Below are positions 25,449 through 37,162 of a stretch of 64,000 bases of DNA, one piece after another. The notes under the pieces were generated by a model, which worked only from the letters and a program-made list of their open reading frames with translations, searched no databases and was not told where the DNA came from. The stretch is from Microthyrium microscopicum. Its lineage: Eukaryota. A program made the translations under genes and the position numbers. Every line of letters starts with the position of its first letter. Position 1 is the first letter of the stretch. The DNA is taken from positions 596,191-660,190 of the forward strand of contig MU004237.1 of the NCBI GenBank assembly GCA_010405405.1. The letters run 5' to 3'.

Positions 25449-27281
25449 ATGATACAAGAAGCTTTACTGGTCCTAGGGACTTATGTATCCCTCGGTGCTT
25501 GTATCAGTAGCGCATCTCCACAAGGCCTATGGGAAACCACCATTCGCACAAACAGTGGCCCAGTACGAGGGGTACAGGCATTTCCAACAAAACCGGCTTT
25601 CAATATTTCCAGCTGGCAAGATATCACAGTCTGGAAAGGTATACCATATGGAGCATCAACGGCATATGAAAATCGGTTCAAAGCACCCCAGCCACCAAAA
25701 CCCTGGACTGGTGTTAGAAATGCAGATAAATTCGGAGACATCTGTCCAGTGGACCCAAACCAGGAGGCAGGATATCCCATCAGCGAAGACTGTCTGAATC
25801 TTAACATTTGGACAGCTGGATCCTCGATCACTGCAAAACTTCCAGTGGTCCTATGGAGTTATCCTGATGGTGCTTCGGCGTCTCAGCCCAGATTTGATGG
25901 AGCGAAGATGGCTTCCAGAGGTCTGGTATTTGTCAATTATAATTACCGAGCAGCTGCATTTGCCTACTTAGTACATCCCGAACTTCACGAGGAGAGACTT
26001 CGTGAGTCTGGTCATAACTCATCTGGAAATTATCGGATGCTGGATCAATATGCTGCGTTGAAATGGGTCCATGAGAACATTGCCAATTTTGGAGGAGATC
26101 CCAGCAAGATCACCGTGGCAGGAGAGTCTGGAGGCAGTGCCGCCGTTTATCATCTGGTTTGTTTTCTCTTTGTGCTGATTTATAGAGATAGTGCGCTGAC
26201 ACACAGGACTAGGTCAATGGTCCGTTCTCCAAGGGGATGATATCTGGAGCAATATCAGAAAGTGGAATTCGAGATCCATACGATCCAATGTGTGCCACTC
26301 TCGCAGAAAACTACAAAGACCTTGATTACCGGCTTGAGGAGGGTAAGGACTTCCTCAAAGATAGAATTGCTTCCAGCATCAAGGATCTGAGAGCTCTGAA
26401 AATGGAGGACTTGCTAGTCCCTCTCTCCTTTGGGCCAAAGGGAAAGCCGAAAGACCCAGGAAACGGAAAAGGAGGCAAAGGAAAAGGGATGGGTGGAAAG
26501 GGCATGGGCGGGAAAGGCCCACCTGCTTTCAAAAATCTGCCGTCGAGCAGTCGCGCCTGGCAATTCGGTACAACACTTGATTACTTCGCGATTCCGGACA
26601 AGTATATCGACACATTGAAGAAAGGCCCAGCAAACGACGTGCCACTTATAACAGGAAACAATAAAGATGAAAGGTATGTATCTGGGCTGATATATCATTC
26701 AGGGACTAATTATCTTTTGCAGTGGTGTCTTGCCTGATGGACAGAATTCTCCTGAAGAATACAAGTCCGAAATGGAGGCTCTGTTCGGCAAGTTAGCACC
26801 GCGATTTTTCGAGCTTTACCCTGGAAGAAACAGTAGCGAAGCATCCCTTTCATACAACTCTTACTACAGAGACGCCAATCGCGTGTCCTCTTGGCTATAT
26901 GGAAACAAGTGGGCCAAATCAGCAAAGGCACCATTTTATAGCTATTATTGGGACCACGCGCCTCCAGGAACGACTCAAGCCGGACACATGTCGGAGATTG
27001 TGTATGCTCTGGGAAATTTACATACACAGAACTTGTCATATACCGCAGAAGACTATGCGGTTGAAGAGAAGTTGAACTCGTACTGGGTCAATTTCGCAAA
27101 GACAGGAAACCCGAATACAGGAGATGCATACAAGGACGGCACCTTGGAACAATGGCATCCTTCCGTTGAATCCAAAGAAATGACCCATAATGTGGGTAAT
27201 AGTTGGGGTAATGTTCCTATTGCAGAGCCCGCGAAGGTACAGTTCATCAGTGACTTTTTTGCGAGCCAAAAGCCATTCTGA
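25449..27281 (+). CDS. Secreted type-B carboxylesterase (3 exons)
   Basis: WKGIPYG, SEDCLNLNIW, FGGDPSKITVAGESGG (Ser), GNNKDE (Glu), AGHMSEI (His), YWVNFAKTGNPN. Confidence 0.9.
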
Positions 27282-27910
27282 TATCTTGATGGGAATCATG
27301 CGAGGCTATCAACATAACAACACAGTACCCTGAAAATAGAACAATAATATTGACATAGTTTCCAAGAAGCTTTCAGACTGTGATCCAGTGAAGTCCACTT
27401 CGTGACTGCTCGGTTGATCTGCAGTCATTTGTGACCAGCGATCAAGTAGACTCCTTCTCAAAAGGTCATGATATATGAATTTGAGAGATCAGACGAAGCG
27501 CCGGTATGTTCATAGAAACCGCTGAAGTATGCTATATTCGATGATGATGAGGGCGATAGGAGGGGCTTAGCCTAAAGCTTTGAGGGCATTTGCTTTACAA
27601 GATCGGCATGGATTCCGTCTAACTGCAGCAACCTGCAGCTCATCTGCATCCATGTCAAAGATAAGCCCAGGTACTGCCACGATTAAGTACCTCCGTCTAC
27701 CTCAACGGCGCAATCCGCTGTCATGCTATAGATGACTTTAGGGAGCTAACAAGGTGATAGGCATGCTTCGTTGCAGCAGTACAAGCTTGTATGTCGACCT
27801 TGGAATTCATCTCTTCTTATCGACTGTGGGCTGATCTTGATTCTTGAAGGTAAACCTAGCCTGCTATTCCACTTCCCTGCCTAAGCTTAGCTTCATGGAA
27901 TCTTCCGAAC

Positions 27911-30900
27911 ATGTCAAACTGGGCGGCTGCATTTAGCGAAGGTGGTGCAGAGGAAGACGGCCTCGAAGAAGACGAAGTATGGGAATCCACTGAATGCGAT
28001 GCTTGCGGTAGCTTTGATTCGGATCTCTACTACTGTTTATCATGCGTACAGACCTTGTGCGATACTTGCTGGGAAGAAGTGCCTGCTCATGGGAGAAACA
28101 AATCGAGGTTCCGTTTCCCGAATATTAATGGCATGAAGCACGAAAAGACTCCACATCATGTTCTCAAAGCCATACAGCCGGCATTTTTCACTCCTCCTAA
28201 TGATGCTTCGTATGAGGCTATGTTGAAGGAAGATGACCAGGCCTCTTGGTTTGGTTAGTATATCACTATATTTGTTGTTCTCAGCCTGAACAAAGCTGAT
28301 CAACGGGCTTAGGAGTCCGTCGAGAGGAAGATGAGAAGCTACCCATTCTCCTGCAAGACCATGGTCGATTCCCGGAATTGATGGCGGCTTCTAGTATCGA
28401 TTCTCGGAAGAAGTTTATGCAGCAAGGAAAAGGTCCAACAAGAGTCGTCAAACGAACCCCAATACTAGTTTCCTTTGTCGGACAGACTGGTGCAGGCAAA
28501 AGTACATTGATCCGTCTATTAATCGGCTTGAAGTTGGACCACAAGACCAGCAATGGCGTACGTCCACAGCTCCCTGTCATTGGCAGCGCCATCTCCGACA
28601 TAGCTACTTCATCGGACGTTCATTTATATCCAGATCCTGCCACCATTCAAACCGAAAATCCTATACTCTATGCCGATAGCGAAGGCCTAGATGGTGGAGA
28701 GCGTCTATCTTTATCAGCTTCGTTTCGCTCACTATCAACAAGCGATAGCATAGCGCCACCTTTTGTTTCTGAGGGATCATTTAGAGCTGCGTTCTGCTCA
28801 GAACGGGAACTCGTTTGGTCTGATGATCCTTCACGTCGTACCAGAGACTTTATAGTCGCTCAGTTGTACTCGAGGCTGCTCTTTACTTTCTCAGATGTTA
28901 TCGTCTTCGTTCAGAGAAACGCCAGGTACGTATTGATCAGAGTTGCGCGATTTGATCCTAATAATTATATTCAGAGTAATCGAAGGCGTCATCGAGACCA
29001 TGGTAGAATGGGGTAAAGCTGATGAAAAGAATTCTCTCTGGTATAAATAAGCTGATGTATTGATAGCTGCCGCCGCACTGGAAACAGCATACAATCAACC
29101 TATCTTGCCTTACGCAGTTGTAGCACTCAACGCAACAGACGAATCTACGCCTGAGGAACTATGGGATGTCAACGTATCAACTAGTGCCATTCTGAGCTCC
29201 TTTTCTGGAATCCTTTACAAGAATCTGGTCTTCAAACGACACGTAAAGCTTTGGGCAGACAGAGGCAAGATTGTTACCACACTAGACGAGCTATTGGGCT
29301 GTTACTTTTCTAAAGTCCAAATCATACGAATTCCCACAAGTCAAAGTCCGAATCTGATGTACAAGCAAGGCCATCAACTGTACTCGGAAATCTCCGCTGC
29401 TGGTAGTCTGGCTCAAGTTCGAAAATCACACTTACGAATGCTTCTCAATTCTCGCCAGCTTCAAGCATATCTGGATCGTGCGTTTGACCACTATTCTCGA
29501 ACTCTTGAACATCCATTCGACTTTGTTCAAGCTTCTTTCCTGAACTCGCCTGTCCCTAATAACTTGGGTGACAACATTCTGGAATTCGCGATTGTAAGCA
29601 AATTGCAAAGTTATTTTTGCCCTTTACTTGCCATTGTTCAGTGCTATTACTTTAAGGATACTGCCAGAACACTCCTCACATTAAATGACGCTGGCAAATT
29701 TCGTGCTAGACAATGAGATAATTGTTACTGACCAGCAATTAGGCACTCATGAATCACCAAATTGAGGAGAAGCAGCCACGCGTTGGCAAGGAAATATTTG
29801 AGAAGCTCAGTCCACTAATTGCATCCTGTATCATGATTGATGCTATCCGTCACAGTGTTCTTGGTACTATTTTACTTTTGTCTTCGTACACAAATAACCA
29901 AAAGATCAACCTTTACTAACATGGCAGCTAGGAACCGCAGACAGAATATTTCCAGAGTATTTGAAGCACCTGGACACTGCCCTGCAACGTTTTTGTAACT
30001 ATCACTGGCGCTGTGAATACAACACAACGGGACAAATACCGGCCCACTTGCAGGCTCATTTGAACGCAGTAGGTTTTCTCTTATGCTTCATATGGTCCCA
30101 ACAAGATCACATATGCGCCCTCGTACTACGGAATTATGCTAACCTACGCGCGGGTTCATTTTCACAGAAATATGCGAGCCACCGCAATCATTTACAGATG
30201 TAATAATACTCGCATTGGGCATACTTCCAAAGGCCATCAGCTCCAGAGCGGCATTATATTCAAGCATGGCGAATACTTCTCAAACATCACGTTTGCCAAC
30301 TATAGAGATACATTTCATTCCTTGGTGTTCATGCACTTGTCAGATATACTTTCGAAGCTTGGCAGCAATTCAGACGACTCCTTGTTACAACAAGCTCGAG
30401 CACATCGACTCCATTCCGACGTTCTTAAATCATTCTATTCGACTTACAAATCGGCAGAGACTCTAGGAATTCCCAGTCATAACATCTGTTTAGGCTGCTT
30501 GTCAGGAAGTCCCGAGCATGTACTTTCTTGTGAAGACGTTCTTTGCTCTGCATGTATAGAAGCTTACGGCCGACCTCAGGGTCGGAATGCTTATGTACTT
30601 GAGACCTGCCCCATTGGTTTTCAGCACGAGAGTACAATCGAACCTCAATACATTTGCTCGAAGCCAAAAAATGCTGGGGTTCGATTACTATCCCTTGAAG
30701 ATGGTGCTCTCCACAGCATTACTCAATTAGAAGTGCTTCGCCGGGTCGAGCTCGAGCTCCTGGGCAAGATCTCTGTGAGATCACTGTTCGATATGATATC
30801 CGCAAACGGCATGGCATCGATTATTGCGCTAGCCATTGCTACCCAGGAGTGGTCGCTAGACGAATGTGCCAGTAAATTTCTGGACATAGCGACACAATCA

Positions 30901-32228
30901 TTCAGCCAGTCAAATCTTCGAAAAACTCGAAAACTTCTTGGAGTCAATAAAGGGGCACTTGCGGCGAAATATCGATCTTCGTCATTGGAATCTAGTCTAC
31001 AAAAAGCGTTTGATTCTGATGCTGTGTTGTTCGGACCTGAGTCTAGGTGTTTGGGGAATACTTCGATACCAAAAGTCATGATTACTTCAGAGAGCGCCGA
31101 TGGTGGAACTACTGTGTTCACTAATTATCATCGTGGAAACTCAAAATCATGTAAGTAACATTGTACCCTGACAGTTACATCTCTGACGTCCATTCCAGTG
31201 CCGTATAAGGTAGTGCGACCGAATTCGGTCAAAGGAGAAATGAAGATCTGGGAAGTGTAAGTTCTTACACGATTTGCAATAACACACATCCCAAAGCTTA
31301 CCTCATAAAGTGCTCGAGCATCACTGACGTTTTCGGGTCACTTCAAACCCTTCAAGCACGATGCCACAGAAAGGACCTACACTGGCCATGGAGGATATCC
31401 ATCGGATCCAATCGAAGTCATGCAACATGAGTCAGAGCGACTTTGGCCATCTCCAACGTCTACATTTCCAGACGCTGTGCTATCAATTGGTACCGGAACA
31501 GGCTTGAACAATTCGAAATTCAAGTTCTCCAAAGAAGCGACAGAGCGAATGATGTGGAAGCCCGCCAGAGCAGCAACTAGCGAAAAGCCCGAAGAAGAGC
31601 CCCACGACTCAGCCTGGAACCAATTCCTTGGTACTTTACCTCCAAACTATCCTAGCTCCAAATATAGTCGTCTAGATGTGCAGATACCTCACATTTTGCC
31701 TGAAAAAGACGATGTCAGTGCGCTCCTCGCCTTTCAAAAGACTGTGCGAGCCAATATTCGACAGGAAGAGATCAGAGAGATTGCAATGAAGCTTCTCGCA
31801 GCATTATTCTACTTCGAAAGAACCGGGATCATAGATGAAGTATCGGACGAGGAATTCTATATATATGGTAATATTGCCTACTCTGGAAGCATCTTTTTTC
31901 CTTTGCAAGACTGACTTTGTCGATAGGAGAAATTCACTGCCGACTGCCTAACGGAAGATCAGAGGTCAAGCAGTTGGCCGACCTCTTGACAGACAAGAAG
32001 TTCGATAATCCAGCTTTCATCTTCCAAGAAACACATGGACCAGAGCAGTGTTTTCCCATTCCTTCCTGCTCATTAGACGATATGCAGAGATCTTGCCGCT
32101 TCCGACTTCCAGGAATACGGATCCGACTCTCTCGCAGCATGGCTGAGGTAGATGCTGTCCTCAGGGTCACGCCTGAGGAGAAATTTTCTATCAGCGGATT
32201 TCCACGAGTCATGCAAGAGACTGAATGA
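27911..32228 (+). CDS. Large multi-exon protein: B-box-like Zn finger, P-loop GTPase-like domain, RING-like Zn finger, degenerate patatin domain
   Basis: CDAC..YCLSCVQTLCDTCW..H; FVGQTGAGKST; YADSEG; ICLGC..PEHVLSC..LCSAC..CP; RLLSLEDG, KIWEVARAS..FKPF and VLSIGTG are patatin-fold motifs. Confidence 0.75.
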
Positions 32229-32272
32229 ATGGATGGCAGTCGATTGAGATTACTTGGTCACGACTTCCCAGC

Positions 32273-33999
32273 TCATCGGGAAGCACGAGTGAGTTTGACC
32301 ATAAGCGGACCCTTCTCCCAAACGAAGAATACTCGCTGCTTCTTCGTCCAATTCTGGCTTTCAGGCAGCAACTCGATATCAAAATTCCAAACTAATCGTG
32401 CCAAGATGGTACGCATTTCCATATATGCGAGATTTTTGCCAACGCAATTCCTTGGCCCATAGCTAAATGGCTGCAAGACGTCCTTCTTGTCATGGTCGTA
32501 GCGGGGATCCTCGTCAAGCCAGCGAGATGGTACGAAGGAATCGGGGTCTGTGAAGTTCGAAGCACTATGATATGCTGCCCATTGGCAGACTCCGACAGAT
32601 GTACCTCCTGGCACAGCATATCCGTCGACAATATCACCGCCTGGTGGGACTTCGCGTGGCAGGCCGACAGAGATTGGTGGGTAGACACGCATGGCTTCTG
32701 TCAGCACGGCAGTCAAGTAGGGAAGGCTGGAAACAGCGGAGAATCTGATCTCATCTTCGGTCTTGAATTTTTCGCGGATCTCAGCTTTGAGCCTTTCCAT
32801 GGTGTGAGAATTTTGCGATAGGTAATAAACGGCACCGGCAAGGAGCGTTGCCGTAGTCTGACATTTTGTTAGCATGTGTGTATGAGGGATATAAACGGGA
32901 AGGGTAAATCAATCAAATTGACCTGATATAGGGGGCAGAGAAGGAGATGAAGTTAAAATAAGCCTGCCAACCACGTGGAAAATTCAATCCACGTGGATGA
33001 CGTTGCCGCGATGGTATTCAAGTTCATCAAATGAAAATCTTACCTCCGAACCGCCAATGATGATCACATAGGCGTTGGTCTGAATTTCAGGGACAGTTAG
33101 TCTTGTCGCCTTGTCCCCATGTCGCAAGATGTAGGTAATGAAATCCGGCCGTTTAGTTTCACCCTGTTCGATTCGTTTGCTGACTTGTTGCTTGACAAGC
33201 TCAGCGTGCGCCATGCCTTCATCGATAGTCTTCTGCGGAGCAAGTTTCATGAGCAAGCTTTTCAAGAATGGTATCTTTCCAGCCACATTGCTGTATACAA
33301 ATAGCTTCAGGTTTTGGAACATGAATGTAATCCACGGGTGCATCTTGCCATCTCTTAGGCAGTTGAAAGACTCGCCAAACGCCAGATCGCCAATGACATC
33401 GAAAGCGGTGAAATTGAACCAAGCAGCGAGATCAACCGGCTTGCCTGCATTTTCGTGTAGGCGAGCCATCAGTTTGTCCACATATTCGGTGATCAACGGC
33501 TCTTGCTCTCTCATGGCTTTGTCGCTGAATGCATGAGATATCACTCGTCGGAATCGAGAATGAGTTGCTATATCGGTGACAATCATGTTTGCAACCTCGA
33601 AGCCTTCGGCAGGCTGTATTTCTTTTGACTTCGGCATTTGGCCTTTACCTGGTCTGGAACCATAGACATCCGGCCAAGTTTGTGGTGTGATGAAAGACAG
33701 TTCGTTTGGCGCCACTCGCACGACAGGCCCATATTTGTCATGAAGCTCTGCGTACTTGTAGATACCGATGCCTTGTACAGTCTGTATCATGTTTGGAAGC
33801 TCAAATGCGGCATAGAGCTTGGGACCTGGGAATTTGGAAAGTGGATGCAAGTATGCATTATAAACAAGTCGGAAGGCAACATAACTGAGCAACTAGACAC
33901 TCATGAGCACGGGTAATGGTGAAATAATTTTGCTCAGAGTTTGGAAATACCACATACCACGATACTGGTGCCCAGAATCAACTCAGATGTATTGATCAT
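32273..33999 (-). CDS. Cytochrome P450, CYP65-like (3 exons)
   Basis: HPLSKFPGP, GPVVRVAPNELSF, GGSE|TTAT split by an intron, EAMR, PSRW, heme motif FSYGPRNCVG. Confidence 0.95.
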
Positions 34000-34887
34000 G
34001 ATGGATACCGTGTAGTTTCAAGCGACCAAAAGGCTCAGAGGCGAAAACACCACGGTGAGATCGTGATATATGCCAAATTTCCAGTGATTTCCTGACCTGC
34101 TGGGCTTGCGAGGATGAGTTGGAATTGTGATTATAATTTGCGTGCTAGAATGCTATAGTCCCAAAATTTGGTATTTCAAATCTATAAAGATGGTCAATAC
34201 ACATTAGCTCTATAAGAACTTTCCTGTCGAATAACAACACAGGAGACATACTCTGATGGACGTACCTGCTAGAATGATGGAAGGCAGGTAGTACTTACCT
34301 GTACAATGCTAGTGTTTTCCAAGGCGTTCAGTTTTAGAGGACGGTCCAAAGTTGTAACAAGTCAACAAGTCAACCCAAATGCAAATGGCTACCGGTAGCG
34401 TCAATGATAGTACGCGTTTGTCTAGAGAGTCGTTCCAGCGATTTCATAGCCACGATATTTATAGGTCTAAGAGGTGAATAAAAAGCACTCATGCATGCAG
34501 CAGATAAGCTAAAAGCTAACCTTCGTACCTTCGTACCTCTGGTGACCCATTGCCATCAAAATTCTACTCTACCATCACGGTCACCTACCAACAGCATCAA
34601 ACAACAACAAATCATGATGCTCCAAAGCTCGAGTTCTTTGACTGTAAGACCATGATGGTTGCTCTTTACACATCTTTGCTTTGTCGCGGTTTGTCCTTCC
34701 CCGCAAAAAGTGGGCCTGCATGGCGGCTTCTTTTGTTTGCGTCTCCTGAAGATCTCTAAATAAGTATTTTGGTTCCTTTCATCATACATTCCCCTCTTCC
34801 TCTTTTTCATCCATCTATCGCAGAAATATTTTGATCGGGCACTTCTCAAGATACCTACTCGATTACTCTTCCAAGAGCGAAGAGGAA

Positions 34888-35880
34888 ATGGCTCCCAATG
34901 CCCCAACCGGAGAAGCCTACAACGTGGACTGGATCGTTTCCAATACCTCTGACATTCACGCAACCAACAACCGTGACTGGTTCACGGCCTACACTCCCTT
35001 CGAGACTACATTCGGCACGATATACACCAAAGAACACAGTGTCAAGGCTTTGGGCATTGGTGAAGTGCATCTGAACGTCAGACTCTACAAGCAGAAGAAA
35101 GGCAACAAGCCTAACTCCAAGATCCTTGTTCTAAAGGATGTCCTCTACGCTCCTAGTCTTACCTGCAATATTCTTGCTACCCCAGTCCTCTCCGAGCATA
35201 GTCTCAATTTTGTTGGCGGAGGTGGCTACTTGACCGACGGAGATGGTAAACGCGCTGCCCTGATCGAGACACTGGTGCTTCCGCGCCTGCGTCTTCATGG
35301 CCAGCCCGCTGGAAAGTCCAGCCTTGATCCCAATACAATGTACTTGATGAATGCAAGTTGGTCAGCTCCTGAGCGAGCTCGCTGGGAGAGACAGAACCCA
35401 AATCGCACCGCACCTTCCTTGGGCGAGGCGCCATACACTGAGGAGGAGAATGCCTGGTTGAACAAACACTACGACGGAGAGTTCAAATTCCTTCGCACAT
35501 TGGGCTTGTCAATCCACAAAGAGGAGGATCGTGAGGAGGGTCGTCTCATTGCAAGAGGTTTCATGGAGGATGATGCCAAAACACAGACCAGCTCAACTTC
35601 TCAGGCGTCGAAACAGCCCACAGTCGACGTCGAAATGATCGACCCGAACGATGAGACCAGTGATGATGATGATGATGGCGATACATTTTTGCAGGAATTG
35701 GAAGATGATCCCATGAGCCACCTTGCGGACTACAACTTTTCTGCCAAAGAGCTCAAGTGGATCAAGAAGAACTACAAATACTCTTCCAGATTCATGTTGA
35801 GCTACCGTCTCAAGCCGTTTGAGCAAGAAGATTGCAACACTGCTAAAGAACTTATCAAAAGTCTGATGGCTGGACCGTAA
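34888..35880 (+). CDS. Free-standing protein with a Copia-type Pol protease-like beta-barrel and two copies of a small helical motif
   Basis: WIVSNTSDIHATNNRDWFTAYTP...ALGIGEVHL...LKDVLYAPSLTCNIL follows the Copia protease-region pattern WxxDSGAxxH..F..Y / G.G.V.L / L.DVLY.P.L..NL. Confidence 0.7.
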   Translation: MAPNAPTGEAYNVDWIVSNTSDIHATNNRDWFTAYTPFETTFGTIYTKEHSVKALGIGEVHLNVRLYKQKKGNKPNSKILVLKDVLYAPSLTCNILATPVLSEHSLNFVGGGGYLTDGDGKRAALIETLVLPRLRLHGQPAGKSSLDPNTMYLMNASWSAPERARWERQNPNRTAPSLGEAPYTEEENAWLNKHYDGEFKFLRTLGLSIHKEEDREEGRLIARGFMEDDAKTQTSSTSQASKQPTVDVEMIDPNDETSDDDDDGDTFLQELEDDPMSHLADYNFSAKELKWIKKNYKYSSRFMLSYRLKPFEQEDCNTAKELIKSLMAGP

Positions 35881-37162
35881 GTGGCTGCAGTTGGTCTTGC
35901 AAGGCAGTGTCCCTCTACGCAACAAATTCTGGTAATGGCATGTTTTAGTATCATGATTTGTGTATAATTATAGCCTAGTAGACCTACAATAACATACAGG
36001 TACGCACCAGTCTCCATTAGAAACTCAAATGTTTAAGTACCTAGTTAGTTACAGTAGTCAAAACATCTGTAATGCCGCACGCCCAGCACGCCAGTGATTC
36101 AGGTCTTTCTTTGCTCGAACGTAGCGGATAGAGCTTCAAAGATAGGAAGCTGAATACATGATTATAGATTAACCATCGCATCCGAAAAAAGCTAACAGAC
36201 AAAACAGACTACGAGAGTGATCCGAATGCTGCGCCTTGCAAACACGATCTGCCTAGGCCATTGTTGATGTGATGGGAAATCAAAGCAGCATGCGAACCAC
36301 ATCGAATTCCAACCACCATTGGATAGACCAAAAACTGCCAACGATCGAACGCTTGCTTAAGCGAGCAGGTGCATATAGCTAAGAAAAAGCTATTTTGCTA
36401 AGCTTGGTCGAAATGCTTCCCCCAATATCATGTAAAGGTTGTTCCAGAAACGCTGACTTGCTAGTCACAAAGTTCACTTCTTCGCAATCCTTTTTGTGCG
36501 CTATTGCTCTCACAATACTTGTACGAGTTGATCTGAACCCCGAGCCTGAGTGGCCCCCAAAAAATCGGGTTAGTGAGGTGGGAGGCAACCAATGGACAGA
36601 ATAACTGGCGTTCACCCATCATCTTTAATGGCTCCCGCAAACTTTGTTAATTCAAACATGTTATATTTCCCATCGCATTCGATAAAAGTTCCAATTCTAA
36701 ACGCGCTTAATGGCAAATAAAGCACTCGATAGCAGATCGTCTTGCATGGGAGCCATCGCACTCGCTGGGAGCGCGGCATTTATTTTGTCGACCCCTTGGG
36801 AGGCTGCTGTGCCGTCTTTGCATGATGAATAATGCACGATGGACGGCCTCGACCCAAGCCACGAATCCTGTTTAGAAACAGCCTAACAGAGCCCCGCGAA
36901 GCCGGACTTTTTCAACACGTCTATAGAGCCGCAAGTGGATTCAATTTTCAAATGATATAGAAAACCGGTCGCGATACGACGCGTATTACTCAGACCAACG
37001 AGCCGTGACCGATGGGAGCGCCATAGGGACAATACCAATTGGATAATAATGGTCAGCAGCTGTCCTGAGCAAGATATATAATGTCTAACTGACCCAAGTT
37101 CACAGAATTCATATTGATGAATCCCTTCCTACATCCCCGCTTAGATTAGGCGACCACGATCC

